Assembly (NCBI GenBank): GCA_016748015.1
Contig: JAAOMT010000502.1
Location: 434,001-498,000, forward strand
Origin: Geosiphon pyriformis uo1
Lineage: Eukaryota; Fungi; Glomeromycota
Direction: 5' to 3'
Length of the DNA stretch: 64,000 nucleotides
Below the pieces are notes generated by a model. It was not told the DNA's origin and did not search any database. It saw only the letters and a list, made by a program, of their open reading frames with translations. Made by a program: the position numbers and the translations under genes. Positions within the stretch are counted from its first letter, which is position 1, and each line of letters starts with the position of its first letter. Of this stretch, positions 34,434 to 49,000 are shown one piece after another.

Positions 34434-37400
34434 GAAAAATAATAATAATGCGCTACATTCAAATATAAAAAACCCTTTGGTCATAATTCTTTTCAAATTC
34501 ATTTGTAAACCTCTCATGTCAAAATAATTTATGTAAGTAAAAACAATTCAAAAAAAGTTTAACGTTTCATTTTCAAACGCTTTGGATTTTCTAACTAATC
34601 AAAATTCTCAATTTGAAAAAACAGCTATAATTGTAAATAGATTTTTTGAACGTATATCTCTAATTAAAACCTCAATGTGCTATTGACAGGCAGACGTAAG
34701 CATTTCGAATTCTGGGGGGGAAGGTGGAGTGGTTTTTTTTTTTGGTTTTTTTTCAACATGACTCATGAAATTTTATTTTTATAAATTTTAGTTTTAATTT
34801 ACTCTGATCTTAAAATATGCAACTTAAAATTGACAAATCACCATAAGACTCTCTTTATTACTTAAGCAACTTTGCTTAGCGATAAAAACAACACGTTGAC
34901 TATTTCGTAACGCTCCTATTCATCGGCCATGAAACCGGGACTTTTTCGAAATATATGCTTTTTTTTCAATTTTGAAATAATCTTCGTAAATATGTTTTTT
35001 TTTATTAAGATTTGACCTCGTAAATTAAGTTAAATAAAGTTTTAAAATAAGAAGTGTGAAACAACAACTAAAAAATAATAATCAAACAGACCACGTTTCC
35101 TGGTAAATTCGCTTTTGTTTACTGATTCTGGAATTCCCACATGTCATTTGAAAGAAAAGGAATTTTTCATTTCGAGAAAAAAATATGCAGTATTAATAAT
35201 TTTAGAGGAGATATTCACCTGTCTATAACTGGATATTTACTTAATTTGTGGTCAAAATAACCCTACCTCGCAAGAAGTGAGCCAAATGCAATGTTTATGT
35301 GCATGTCTAATCAAGGAAAACTCATTGAGGCTTTGACACATTGTCTAATTCTCTTTTTTTGAGAAAAGGGAGGAAGAGATATTGATTTCGAAAATTTTAA
35401 ATAGTTTAAAATCTGATTGTGAAACTAAACTTTACAGCTCATCATTCAACGCCATTTTGGAAGATTTAATATACATAATAAATAAATTGTTTCACTAAAA
35501 TTCGAAATTTTTTGACCGGGGTAATATTTAAAAGAAAAGAACTTTCAAAAAAAAAAAAAATTTAAAACAAACTTTTTAATTTTCGTTTTTTTATTGGGAA
35601 TCTTCCATAAACTAAAAAATATAAATTAAAAGATATTATGCTCACGTAGCCTTGAAACTAACTTTTGAGAGATCCATTCAATAAAACTCCTCGAAGATTT
35701 TTGTTTTTCTAAAATAAACTTTTTTTTTACCTAAATCCGATTATTATTCTTCATATCACGTTTAAGTAAATATATTTATTATATGTGAAAACTTATTTTT
35801 AAATAAACTAAGATAATTTATAGAATTAATAATAGAAAAAGACGTCAACAACATATAATATATATAGTTTTCTAATATTTTTTTTCAAAGAATTAAAAAC
35901 AATTTATAACATATAAAAAATAAATAAAAGTACGGAGAAAAAAAAATATGTGGATCTTTTTACAAACTTTCTAACTCTCATTTGAACATAAAATTTTTTT
36001 TAAAAAAGCTTGTGAATTCGCGGGATATTGATTAGTTAAATGCTAAGAAAAATTATTTAATTTATAAAAAATTTGTGTGTAGTTATTATAATTCAATTAA
36101 AGTCTATATATTTAATATTAATAAAAAATTTTAAAATAAACTCTATATCTTTTTATTAGACTTTTGGAGTGTGTTTTTTTTTTGTAATTCGATTACGAAA
36201 AGAAAGTTTACTTTTTGCTAAATTTCTTGTAATCGTGTTTCACACAGTCAGTGTTTAATGGAATTTTCTAGAATAATAAAATTTATATAATTTTAAATAA
36301 ATTTTTTTTTTGCCTGTATTGTTGATTCAATATAAATTTATTGAAAAAAACAATATTTATTACCTGTTTTGACAAATTCTAATTGTCTTTCTTTGAAAAA
36401 AAAATTTTAACGTTTCACTGTTTTATTGAAATAAATATTAAAACAATAACTCTCATTAAAAACTTTGCATTATCATAAATTAATGGACAGCTTTAAGAGA
36501 TATTAGAAATCAATTTTTTCGTTTCTTTCCATACAAGAAAATCGTTTAGGATCATAGAATAAATAGTAATTTTTTTGTTTCTGATTTTCTAATAAATTAA
36601 ATTATTATTATTATTAATAAGATTAGGAAATTTGCAATGGATCAAAGTTTCTGGGTCAAATAAATATTTATTTCATTTAAAAAGAATTAAAATATTGTTG
36701 AATGTTCAAATATGAAATTATTTTTTTGACCGAAAATTCGTAAAACAAAATTTACAGGGTCTACAAGGGCCTACAAGTTTTTTTACGTTTTTGTAACTTA
36801 GTTTTTGGATAGAAATATCAAGTTTAATAATTTTGTATTCTAATTTTGAAATTAAATAGTGTAAAAAAAACAATTAATCGGAAAAAAAGGGAAAATTATG
36901 CGTTTTTTTAATAAGATATATGATCACCTTGGGCTTTAAATGAGAAAATTTCTTCACATTATATCCCAAAAAAAGTAATTAAAAACAAGAATGCATGAAA
37001 ATTAACGTAGAAAAGGATTTTTTTTAATGAACAAAATGTTGAAATTTTAATTTCTCATTTGGGATATGAATGTAAATTTTATTTAAGTTTAAAAGAATTT
37101 AACCCTAATATCTCGGCTATTTCGGAATAATATAGTTATGTATGACAAGAACATAAGAAAAATAAATTGCTAAAGTAATGAATTTAATTTTCAAACTTTT
37201 GATTTAAATACATGCCGAATTAGTTTTTTCATCAAGTTCATTGGAAAAGAAAACCTGTATTATGAGAATATATACATTTCGAAAATTTTTAATTTTTCAC
37301 GAAAACCGAATTTTTGTCCTGATGTTAAAATTTAAATCTACACTTTAAATTATTTAATTAATTCAATTGGAACTAAAAGTAAAAAAAAGGCGTGGATTTC

Positions 37401-38170
37401 TTATTTATATTTCAAGAGCAGAATTCTAGAGTAAAAATACCTTTTTGAGCTAGAGAAGAATTGATTAAAAATATAAAAAAAATGTTAACATTTAGAATAA
37501 TGTTTCTAATCAAAAGAGCATTCGAAAAAAATGTTTTGGCTCCAAATGGGGTTACATTAGCCGATACACATTGTTTAAAAAAGTTTTTTTTTCTCGTCTC
37601 AAATTAATTATTCAAATTATTGATAAACTTTTTATTTTTGAGGGATAATTTTACGATAGTATGAACAAATGTATGGGAGTAATAAATCCTCTGAAGGCTA
37701 AAAAGAAGTGCAGAATGCGTTTTTCCTTATTTATGTTCAAATATGATATGATCTTCAAAAAGGGCTGTGTAGCACAACATGTAAACAAAGGTACCTCAAG
37801 AAATCGACAGGTTTGATCTTGTCAAAAACAAATTAGTTTTATTTATTACCTTAACTGTTTACAATAAAAATTCGCCCACGATTAGTCTTTGTGAAAAAAA
37901 TTACCCACAGGTAACTGAGTTATCTTCTAATTTCTACGAATTAAGGGATCATGATTCCGCCACCAAATAAAATGATTTGATTTTATTATTCACAACTTTT
38001 CCTTGAATCATTTTGAATTAGACTGATAAATATTCAATTAAAAAAAAACAAGAATTTCTACAAAATTAAAGATATTTTTAATTTCTTATAGAAAATTAAT
38101 CTTTTTTATTATTTAGTTTTTGAATTAATTAATTAATTAATCTTAATAGCTTCATTGAACTTAATTTTTA

Positions 38171-38206
38171 AATTTGTTATGTGATATATATATCACATAA
38201 CAAATT
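38171..38206. repeat. Perfect 36-bp palindrome
   Basis: aatttgttatgtgatatatatatcacataacaaatt equals its own reverse complement. Confidence 0.9.
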
Positions 38207-39399
38207 AATTGAATATTATTATTTTTTTATATTTTTGTTAATTTTATTAATTATTTTATTTATAATTTTTTACATGTAAATAGATTAATATGCAAGTTTT
38301 TTTTTTGATTTACTAAAATTTTTTGATTTAAAATATCTACTCATTAGTAATAACTTTGCGTTTTTTATTGGCAAATTTACTTTAAATAAAATCACGTTTA
38401 TCGTAGAAAATGTATATGTTGTATATTAATAAATGGTGGTTGAACTAAATCTATTTATCTGTTTTATTGAAAAATCTGAATATAAAAACTATTAAAAAAA
38501 AGCAAATATAAGATCTAAAATATTTTAATTATAAATAAGTTAAAAAATAATAATAATAATCAAATCAAAACAAATTTGGATGATAAAAGCTTTTGCTTTT
38601 ACATTTCAAAATAATGAGAGATTCCCGGTGGATTTAAAGAGGAGAGAAATTTTTCTTCTTTAATTAGGTAGATTCAAAAGCTATTACATACGCTTCTATC
38701 AATGGTGCTGGGTAAAAATCAGATGTTTAAAATTCACCGTATTTAATATTAAATTTATCAAGTGAAAATGTATAATAGTTTTAAAGGAAGTTCCAATGAG
38801 CGCCTAATAGGTATTTTTTTATCTCCATAAGGATAGCTAGTGTATAACTAATTTATTAAAAAATAAGTTTATCGATGGAATACAAAAATTGAGTTTGAGC
38901 TCGGCTCAGAAAACGCTTATAATGGAGGGCTTAAAATATTTGTTTCTTCAGAAAGCTTTCATCTCATTTTTTTGATAATTACCAAATTATTCTTTAATTT
39001 CCATATAATGCCTGGAAAAGAGAGAAAGATTTTCCATTACATTCTCATTATTTGTCCAATGATAATGAGCACACAATCCTCTTGCGTTCAGTTCTAGCAT
39101 GTTAAATTAAAGCAAACTTCATTATACCGAAAAATTGACGATACTTATTTAATATCTTAAAAATTCTCTTTTAACTTATTGATTAAACTCATTTATTGTA
39201 ACAAATAATGAATAATGTCTTGTTAATTTAAAATTCAAAACTTTTTTGTCTCTTTGTCTTGTAGATTTTATTTCCACAACCAGAGCATAAAGAAAAAAAA
39301 AAGTAATCATTATTTTTCTCTAATATAGCTGAAAAAAGCAATTATTGATCAATTGCCACATATTGTAATTATTTTCGCAATTCTGTTCAAATTCTTACC

Positions 39400-40928
39400 T
39401 TCAGGTAAATTGAAAAAGTCTTTTTAAAAAGTAAAGGAAATTAAATCTAAAATTTTAATATACTTTATAATAATTAAATTAATGAATCAATGAACATATA
39501 AAAATAGATAAACTAACCTTCAGAAAATTCATTCATTTGCGAAGTTAAAAGACGACTTTTATAAGATGCTCCTGAATGAATATTTATCGTTGTTGTTGTT
39601 GTTGAGTAATTTGTTGTCGCGTCGTTCTTCAACATTACTTTTATATAGTTTTCTGATTCTAAAAACTAGGAACACATAATTTTAGACACTTCATCATCCT
39701 CATACAAACCCATAAGCTCATACATTTCCTCAATTTCCTCCAACTTATCCTTAACTTCTCTAGCATTAGGACAATTCTCAGGATTAACATCCAACACTTT
39801 ACAATAATTTTAGCAATTGAAGGTGGAATAAGTGAGGAGATAATTTCAGGTCTAATACCCTTAGAAACAATATTCAGTATGAGAGTATTATCATGAGGAT
39901 GGTCATGAAAAGGAGGCCTTCCGGTTGATAATTCCCATAATAACATGGCAAAACTATAAATGTCTCCAGCCGTTGTAAACTTTTCTCCTCTTATAACTTC
40001 TGGTGGAATATATGAAGCCACTCCAAATATTCCTTTTTTCTCCTCTGTTGTTGTTGCTTTATGGTTTACTGGTTGACATAATCCGAAGTCTCCAATTTTT
40101 ACGCCATAAGAGCTTAATTGTAGGATGTTGCCCGAGTGTAGGTCACGATGAACCATATCAGAAGAATGAATTGAAAAAAGTCCTTCAGCTATATTTAATT
40201 CGATCTGTATTTTATTAGACCAACTCATAGAATGAAATTTTTTTGATAAATGTTTTCGCATGTCTCCATTTTCAGCAAACTCCATCACAATTCCATACTC
40301 GAATATTTAACTATAAACAGAGTGCAAAAATTAAATAGATAATGTAAAGTAAATAAATAATAGGTAAATATGAATTAAACATAAATATAAATATAAATAT
40401 AAATATAAATATAAATATAAATATAAATATAAACAATAATACTTTGTTTACCTCTTTAAACAGTTCTGAACTGTTCGTTTTTATAATTTTTATTGCAATT
40501 TCATCAATATTTTTTATAAAGATATCAGTTCTTCCTCTTTTATATTTCATTTCACCATTACTCTTATACTACATCGATTAATTCATCCATCAATTAGGGT
40601 TGCTTTATAAATTATATCGAATTCTCCTCTACCAATTTCCTTGATATTCGACAAACGCTCCCATGGAATTCATTCATAATGATTAATTCTACCATTACAT
40701 ATGCTACTATTATAATCTTCATTATTAGGTGGAATATAAATTGGATTCTTAATTATTTCATCGACTACTTTATTGCACTTGAAAATTTGTGGTAAAGTTT
40801 TTCAAAAATATAAACTGGCATGCAGCGCAGTAATTCACTCAATTTCTTAGAATACTGTCCTGACACGATTTACATTCGTTGCAATCATGTGTTTCTGGAC
40901 GAGTTCTTTAAATTTCTTTCTTTTCCAT
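39400..40928 (-). pseudogene. Tyrosine-kinase-like (TKL) protein kinase pseudogene
   Basis: IPWERLSNIKEIGRGEF; IAIK; MEFAENGDMRKHL; HRDLHSGNIL; IGDFGLC; YIPPEV; DIYSFAMLLWEL; HSGASYKSRLL tail. Stops near the N-terminus, a deletion after subdomain III and a frameshift after KCW. (ATAAAT)8 sits in the intron at 40381-40430. Confidence 0.85.
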
Positions 40929-43900
40929 GATGTGGATAAGTACAGATAGATTGTGAGTAAGTTATTATGAGAATGTTGATAAAATGGAGGTTTTTTTTAC
41001 AAAGCTTTATTATATAGTAAGATCAAAAGTAATTTTTAAAGAGGAAGTTCATGTTTATATTTTTTCTCTATCTTCACATAGTTTCTTTAATCTTAAAAAA
41101 TGTCTATTCATTAAACTATTATTCGCTGGAAATAGGTTTTATATATAGTAGTACACAAGAACGTCAAAGAAGTTTCCCATGGTGTAATTGCTTTATTTTC
41201 TTAAACAAGTATTTATAGAACAACAACAACAACAACAACGATTTAGCATTAAAATAGCGTACTACTGAAAATCAATAAAGGCATGAGAAATTTAAAATTT
41301 AAATGTGATTCGATGCATAAAATAAGTTAAATATCCTTTAATTTAATATACTTAATTGCTGAAAACCATTTCATAATTTTAGAAATTTTAAATTGATCAG
41401 GCATTATAATTCTATTGATCAAAAAATTTAAACCTGTTTTCTATCAAGCGGAAGTTAAGTACACTACCATTTGATAAATTAATCTTGACGTTTCAGTTAA
41501 AAACTTTAAATATGTAAGAAGCTCTTGTTTACTTTTATCTTAAGAAATATATTGGAACATAATCTTAAAAATTTTTAAAGTTTCATAAAAATATATTATA
41601 TATAATTAACGAACTAATTACAAAATATCTTAATTTTTTTGCACTTTTTTTTCAACTTTATAATTTATATTATTAAACTTTAATCAGAAATTTAAGATAA
41701 TATAATTTGTTTTAAAATATATTATGATGGTTGAATTTTTTTATTTTAAAAATAAAATAAATTTCAATATTATTTATTACTTTAACCAAAAATTTTAATT
41801 AACTTTGAGTATTTTTAAAATTATAAATACTTTGGAATTTTATAAAATCAAAAATCAAAAAATTTATTATTAATTTTTTTTTGAAATGATAAATATAAAC
41901 AAAATTTTATTTTTTTATTTTTTATTATTATTTTACGAGTGCAGCCCAACTACTACCTAAAAAAATATATAATCGTACAAGATCTTATATTAAGTGTGGC
42001 TCATGCTTTTTTTACATGTAACCAGCCACTCGGGCCAATCAAGACAGCATTATACACCTAAACTACTTACTACAAGAAAGTCACGCAAAAAACCGAAATG
42101 CATACTGGCCAAACAAGGATGCAACCCAAAGCAAACATGCATATCCAACCTGATGCCAAAATCGTGAATCATTTTAAAAGACCACAAGGATGATAAACCA
42201 GGTCAAAACCACAGATTTATCACGTGGCAGAAGACCATGTTTCTCATAATGCACCCTCAGTTTGGTAGCCAGCAACCACATGGCAGATCTGTAACTCTCA
42301 GTGAAACCTCGAACCAAATTAATGACCAACAAACTATCATTAAATCCAACACCCAACAAATACACTGTGTTAGCCACCCATTCTTTTATTACAAAACTCT
42401 TAGCTAGTAACATATATAAATAATTAAAAGACTAAGCCTCACATAAAAATCAGACCACCTTATAATTAGTAGTGCAGGCACCCAGCAAAACAGTCCATTC
42501 TTAAATAGTATTCGATCTCAGTTCTTTCTTAACATAATTATTATGGATGCATAAAAACATATGGTTAAAGTTCTCAATCAATCCACACTAGATGCACAAC
42601 ACACTAGAATAACTTGAATTATATAAACTTTTTTTCTTGGCCACAGACAAGCAATAATACAAAGCCTTCATAAAATAAGACCAAAGCATTGCAGATAAAA
42701 AGCTGGTGAAGCCAAAATAAATTTGACCATCAGAATACCATATATTAAAGATCTTATACATATTAAAAAAATTGTAAAAAGTTTTATTTACAGCATTATT
42801 AATACATTTGAATTTCCAATCAACAAAATTAATAGTCTTAAACAAATGCCTAATAAAGTAACAGACATTCTCAGAAACAAGTCTGTCTTTAATGACAAAA
42901 AGGCAATATAATACTTTAACAAATAACATGAAATTAGATATAATAGCAACATCAACAAAAAAATCTGCATGCTTATTGCCAACAACACCAGAATAATTCT
43001 TGATCTTGTTTTAATTAACTAACAGATTTTTAGACATAATAGTTTGGAAAATATGGTTCTTTTTTATCTAATATTTATCACAAAAGTTGAAACTAATATT
43101 TTTTCTAATTTAAATATGCATATTCAATAATGCTTAACTATTTATGAATAATATAACCAAGCTAAACACAAAAACACATTCTAAAACAAGAACAATAAAC
43201 TGCAATTCCACTAAAATTAAAAAAAAACAAGCTATATACCCTAATCTTTATACTTATATTAATGTCTAAAAAGTAAGCAGCAGTATTACTGTAAGCATTT
43301 ACAAACTTTAAATTTTTTACTAATCTATTTATATAAACAACTATATTATCAGATCTATTCTTTATAAAATATTCATTAACAAAACCAAAATTGTACAAAC
43401 AACCACCAAAAATAGAATAAGAAACTAAGGCATTATTACTAACTAAACTACTATTTCAATAAAATTGACAAGCAAAATAAACTAACCAAAAACTAAACTC
43501 TTAAAATCTAATTTTTTTACTTGTAAAATATATTTTATATAAAACATATGCTTTAATAGTTTAGAAGTTGATTCACAAAAACAATACCAAATCTTTTTAA
43601 CAAATCTACTATACTTAAATAATATTCTAAGTTCAAGACATTTATAATAGCAATATTACTACTAGCTCGAAAAACATTAAGTAGATTATCACTCAAAAAC
43701 AACTCACATAATACCAAAGTATTGATCACATCTATTAAAAAACAATTCATAAAATTAATTAAAATTTTGATTAAAAAACTAAGAAAGTGCTAAGAGATTT
43801 AACTAATAGTCTGTAAATTCATAGATTTGTGTTTGAACAATCTGTCAAAAATTTTCTTTGAATTAGCAAAGACTACTAAATTAGCCAGCAAATTTTTACA

Positions 43901-46021
43901 CTGTATCTGCCTAAATATTTTAAAACCATATAGTTCAAAATAAAAAATGGTTTTATTGGAAAAGTTTTTAGATAAATTGGTCTTGAGTTTTAGTTTTTTT
44001 AATATTTTGTCTTATTTTTTATATACACTTACTAACATATAACTAAATTATATTTTGTAATCAATTATAAGCTACAAAACAGCAGACATTAAATATAAAA
44101 ATTGCTTATTAGAAATGGCTTTTTTTAAAATCATATTTGTAAAAAACTTTATTTTCAAGTAAATCTTGACCAGACTTGGCTTGAAAAAACTATTTGTAGA
44201 CAAAAAAATGTCTAATATTTATAAAATACCCACTTTTTAATTATTAAAATATTTGATCTACTTATTAACAAGCATAGAACTTCTGCTTTTCAATTGTTAG
44301 ATATAGTAACTATTTTTTTTATTTTAATTAAAATATTATTGATCTGAAAAAATTCATTAGTAATATTCAAAATATATTAAGTAGCCATTATACTATTTCT
44401 AATTTAAATTGTATTATTCATAAAAACTTTAATTGCCAGAAAAAAAATTATATTATTTTTGAAATTCTGCTTGCTAGTCTTTATAAAAAACTTTAAATTC
44501 AATCTAGAATTATATAAATAGTTATGTTTTTTAATTTTATAAAACAATGAATCATAAAAAATTTTTTATAGTAGTGGTAAAAAAACTTTTTTTTAATACA
44601 AATTATTATATGTAATATGCTTTTTTGTAAACTTAAAATTTGTTATCATTTAATTGACTTGATTATTGTATATATTCCCAAAAAACTTAATAAAACATAA
44701 ACACATCTTGATTCTAATCAGACTGTTTTGTAAGTAATACTATCCAACAGAATTGTATATTTTATGCATATTCTGAAAAACCAATTACAGTTTTCTGTTT
44801 TTTTTAACACATTTTTAATCACAAAACCAATAGTAAAAATTGAAATCTGAGTGAATATGCCTTCAAAACTAAAAAATTATTATCATATAAGATATTAAAT
44901 CTACTATAGACCGAAAAAATTTTATTTAAGAAAAGTTTAAACAAAATTTTTTAAGCTATTTTAATAAAAACTATTAGTTTAATATTAGTAAAAATCTTTT
45001 TCTAATTATATAATTTTGGTATTATAGAAATTTAGACTTTTTTTTATTGTTTGAAAACTATACTTAACACTAAATATAAATTGAAAATATCTAACAAACT
45101 ACCCAAAACTTATATATTATTATGTTTCTAAAATTTATTAGGAATACTAAAAAAACCAGTAGCTTTTTTTTAGACAGTTTTTTAATTATCTGCAGAAACT
45201 TATTAAATTTAATATTACATATTATGTTTGAAAATACATTATTATCAACATAATTTAGAGAAACATATTGGTTAGATTACTAATCAAATAAAGCACTATA
45301 CATTATATGTTTTCTTGTTTATTTTTTTATAATCTTGTTAATTATAAACTTAATTTTACAAAATTCCAGAACCAAATTATTATTTATTACCAGATAGTTA
45401 AGTATTATTTCTAAAACAGTTATTTCAAAACACTTCTAATCATATGTTTTTTATTAAAACAAAAGTTTTTCATATGTTTATTTATTAGTTTTCTAATAAA
45501 ATTATTTTTAATAATCTTGAATTCATAATATTTAAATTTATGATACTTTTTTTTGACTCTTAATAAATAGCTTATAACTTTTTTCAATTTTTTATTATTA
45601 TCAATTATAACATCTACTTTAAAGGCTTTTTTTTATTAATAGTAGTCTAAGTATTAATAAAGCAATTAATCTCTAAAATTTGATTCAAATCTTAACTTTT
45701 TACAATCTTAGTTACCAACAGCTTTAGCTTAAAAAACTTTAATAATTGCTTGTTTTTTGAACATTCAAACTTATTAAACCAATGTTTAGAGAATATTTTA
45801 TTAATACAATTCATTATTATTTTCTTAAAAATCTCTCATATTATATCTAAATTATCACAACTTTTTGCATTATTAAATCTAGCTACTTTTTTTAAAAATT
45901 TATTTAATAAATACTCTTTAAATTATAACTATTTAGCAATATTAATGTTTTTAATTTTGAATTCTATCTATTTTTATTAATCTGTTTGTAATTATTATTA
46001 AGACAATATTTAAGAAACTAT

Positions 46022-49000
46022 TATTATTAGTAAAATTTTAGCTATTAACTAGCATAAAATTATTCTTATAATTCTTATCATTAATATACATATATTATTA
46101 TCATTTTAAATTATTATTTATTATTTAATCAAATTATTAAATATTACTATTTAATTAATAACCTGATTTATACAATAGAAATTAGGATGATCAAAATTAA
46201 ACAATATTTCGAATTATGTAATATTTAAGAATTTGCTAAAATTAATAAAAATTTGCTAAAATAATAGATAATTCACTAAAATAGTTAATAGTTTATTAAA
46301 ATATATCTTTAGTTTATTGAAATTATAGCAAAGAAGAAAATTTAAGTTTATAAACTAGTATTATAACAAATTGTATAAAAAAAAGCTTCTCTTTTTAAGA
46401 AAATGTATCTTATTTAAAATTATCTTAAAATCAATTATTTTACACACATTTTCACAAAAAAACAAATAAAAATTGAATATTTTGAAAACCCAACTTTTTT
46501 AAATAAATTACATTTAATATTTTCTAAAATTCAACTAATATTTTGAAATTAATTAACTACTAATTTCAGTAATTAGTTAGTGATTTTAGACCTAAACAAA
46601 AAATGATTTCTCTTGACAAAATTTTATTTTTTTTGTAATTTTTTTATTTTTATTATTTTTTTATTATTATAATTATTAAGATAATCTGCAAACAAGATTT
46701 CTGTAAAAGAATTGGCTTTTTACAACAAAGTAACTACATATTTTAGTAAGCTTCCAGATAAGCAATTTTTGGGAAAGAGTTAACATTTACTATAATATAA
46801 CTATACAAAGCAACTGGCATAAAATTGGCCATTCTACTTATAAGTTCAGTAGTTCAAATTATAGAAAATAATTTAAAAATAAATTTAGTTATCAGATGTC
46901 TACTAGCTTCCAGAAAATGTGAATTAACAGCAAACAAATATTAACAACATTTAAGAAAAAATACCAAAAATCTTCAGTAACATTTGGTGTTCTTTTATGA
47001 AAATAACACAGCAATAACAACTTTAAAGTAATGACTACATCAAACATAACAATGCTAAAATATTATCAATTAATTTACACTTACTGCAAATAACAATTTA
47101 GAATCTAAAATAAAATTACAGTCTTTAAGAAAACACTTTTTTAATACATTAAAAACTGAATCAATGAATATCTTTTTAGAGACTACAATATTACAGAAGT
47201 CAAGAAAAACTTTTTTAAAAATATTATTTACTACTTAAATAGAAACTCAAAAAACATTAATGTTAATAAAACAAATAAACATTCAACTATGCAAAGAATA
47301 TATCATGCTTTGTAATAACTAATAGTGTTCAGAATATTATATAATTAGCATTTTCTTACTTAGTAAAAACAATAAATATAAAATCAAAGTTAGAAAACCT
47401 GAACCAAAAGAAGAAATTACAATAACTCTAATCTATTTTATTGAAAATCAGCTTGTAATATAACTCTAATATTTTAACAACAATAAACAAGGAATAAGTT
47501 CTAAAAAAGCCAATGAAATAAATGCTGAATATGATTTATAATACCCAGAAAAAAACACTTGAGTTCTCCAACAAAAATTTTTGACAAAGATTAACCTAAA
47601 AATTGCCATTAAAATTTTACTAGAAGCAATATTCAAATTGCTTCTTGATCATTATTGACAAGCAAAAAAATCAACATTAGAGAAGGAATTATAAATGCAA
47701 AATATATTAAAAACATTACAATTCTGTTATAAAATAAAATTAATAAACTATTCAAAATTAAGCATGTTGAAAAAATTGCTTAAACAATCTATCTATTGTT
47801 AATTAAAATTTTGGATATACAATTAGTCAACAACAGAAAACAATTAAGAAAAAGTGAAAGAGAAACCCAAAGTTTTGGTTCAACTGGAAAATTTACAGTT
47901 TTAGTAAATATAGTTTTTAATATACAGAATAAATCTTATCAGATTTTTTGACTTTCTTAACTAATTACCATCTTATTTTTTAGAGAATATCACGAAATCT
48001 ACACTTGTTTAAAGTCTACTATCACTCAACAAATTTTCAAATCAAATGAACAAATCTGTTTAAAACATAAAATTTTAATTCTAAATGTTTATATCCCAAA
48101 AGAAATAAAAAAATTTTGAGTTATCTTTTACAATTTAAACAGCCATTTTATCATTTTATTAAAATAAAGTAGAAATTCGAATTATATATAGCAATATTTT
48201 TTAAGATGAAACCTCTCAAATTGTCTTTAATTTTATCAAAATTATAAGACATACTCTATTTTCAAATCCAAACATTATTCTTATAATTGAAAACTACCAT
48301 ATTTTAAAAAAAAAACTCTTTTGAATTAACATGAATTCTTTAAAACCCTAACAACAAAAACAATTAAAACAGTTGATTGCCAAATATGCCAATATATTTA
48401 TTAAAAATAATAATAATCTGGAAAAAAATGATATTATACAGCATTAGATTCATACAAAGAATGCTTTACTAAAATATTAATAAGTCTACCAAGTTCTATT
48501 GGCTAGTTACCAATTCATCAGAAAAAAAATTCAACAAATACTTAATAATAGCTTTATTTAATTATCAAAAAGCTCTTAGGTTTCACTAGTAATCCTTATA
48601 AAAAAAAAAATGAAAAAATCAGATTTTGTGTAAATTATTAACAACTAAATAATATTATAATCAGAGATACTTACTCATTACCAAGAATTGACAATATACT
48701 AAACACTCTTAAAAAAGCCAAGTTTTTATCAACTTTAAACTTAAAAAATAGGTATTAACAAGTTAAAATAGATCTTAAAGACCACTTTAAAACAGCATTC
48801 ACTATTCAAAAAAAAAATTATAAGTTTAATATAATGTATTTTGGACTCTGTAATACACCAGCAATATTCCAAAAATTTATGAATCTTGTTTATGAAAGAC
48901 TTTTATGACAATCAGTAGTCATTTATTTAGATAATATTAATGTATACTCTCCAAGTTTCGAAGTCTATTTGATCTATTTGTAAGAAGTTTTCAACAATTA

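Noticed and set aside
34398-34450. Helitron 3' end
   Set aside because: The hairpin is not followed by CTRR at the expected distance on either strand.
36770-36780. cctacaagttt as the target of the putative Fanzor guide
   Set aside because: Only 11 nt, missing the first 5 guide bases; expected by chance in AT-rich DNA. The 9-10 nt matches at about 24220 and 56139 are rejected for the same reason.
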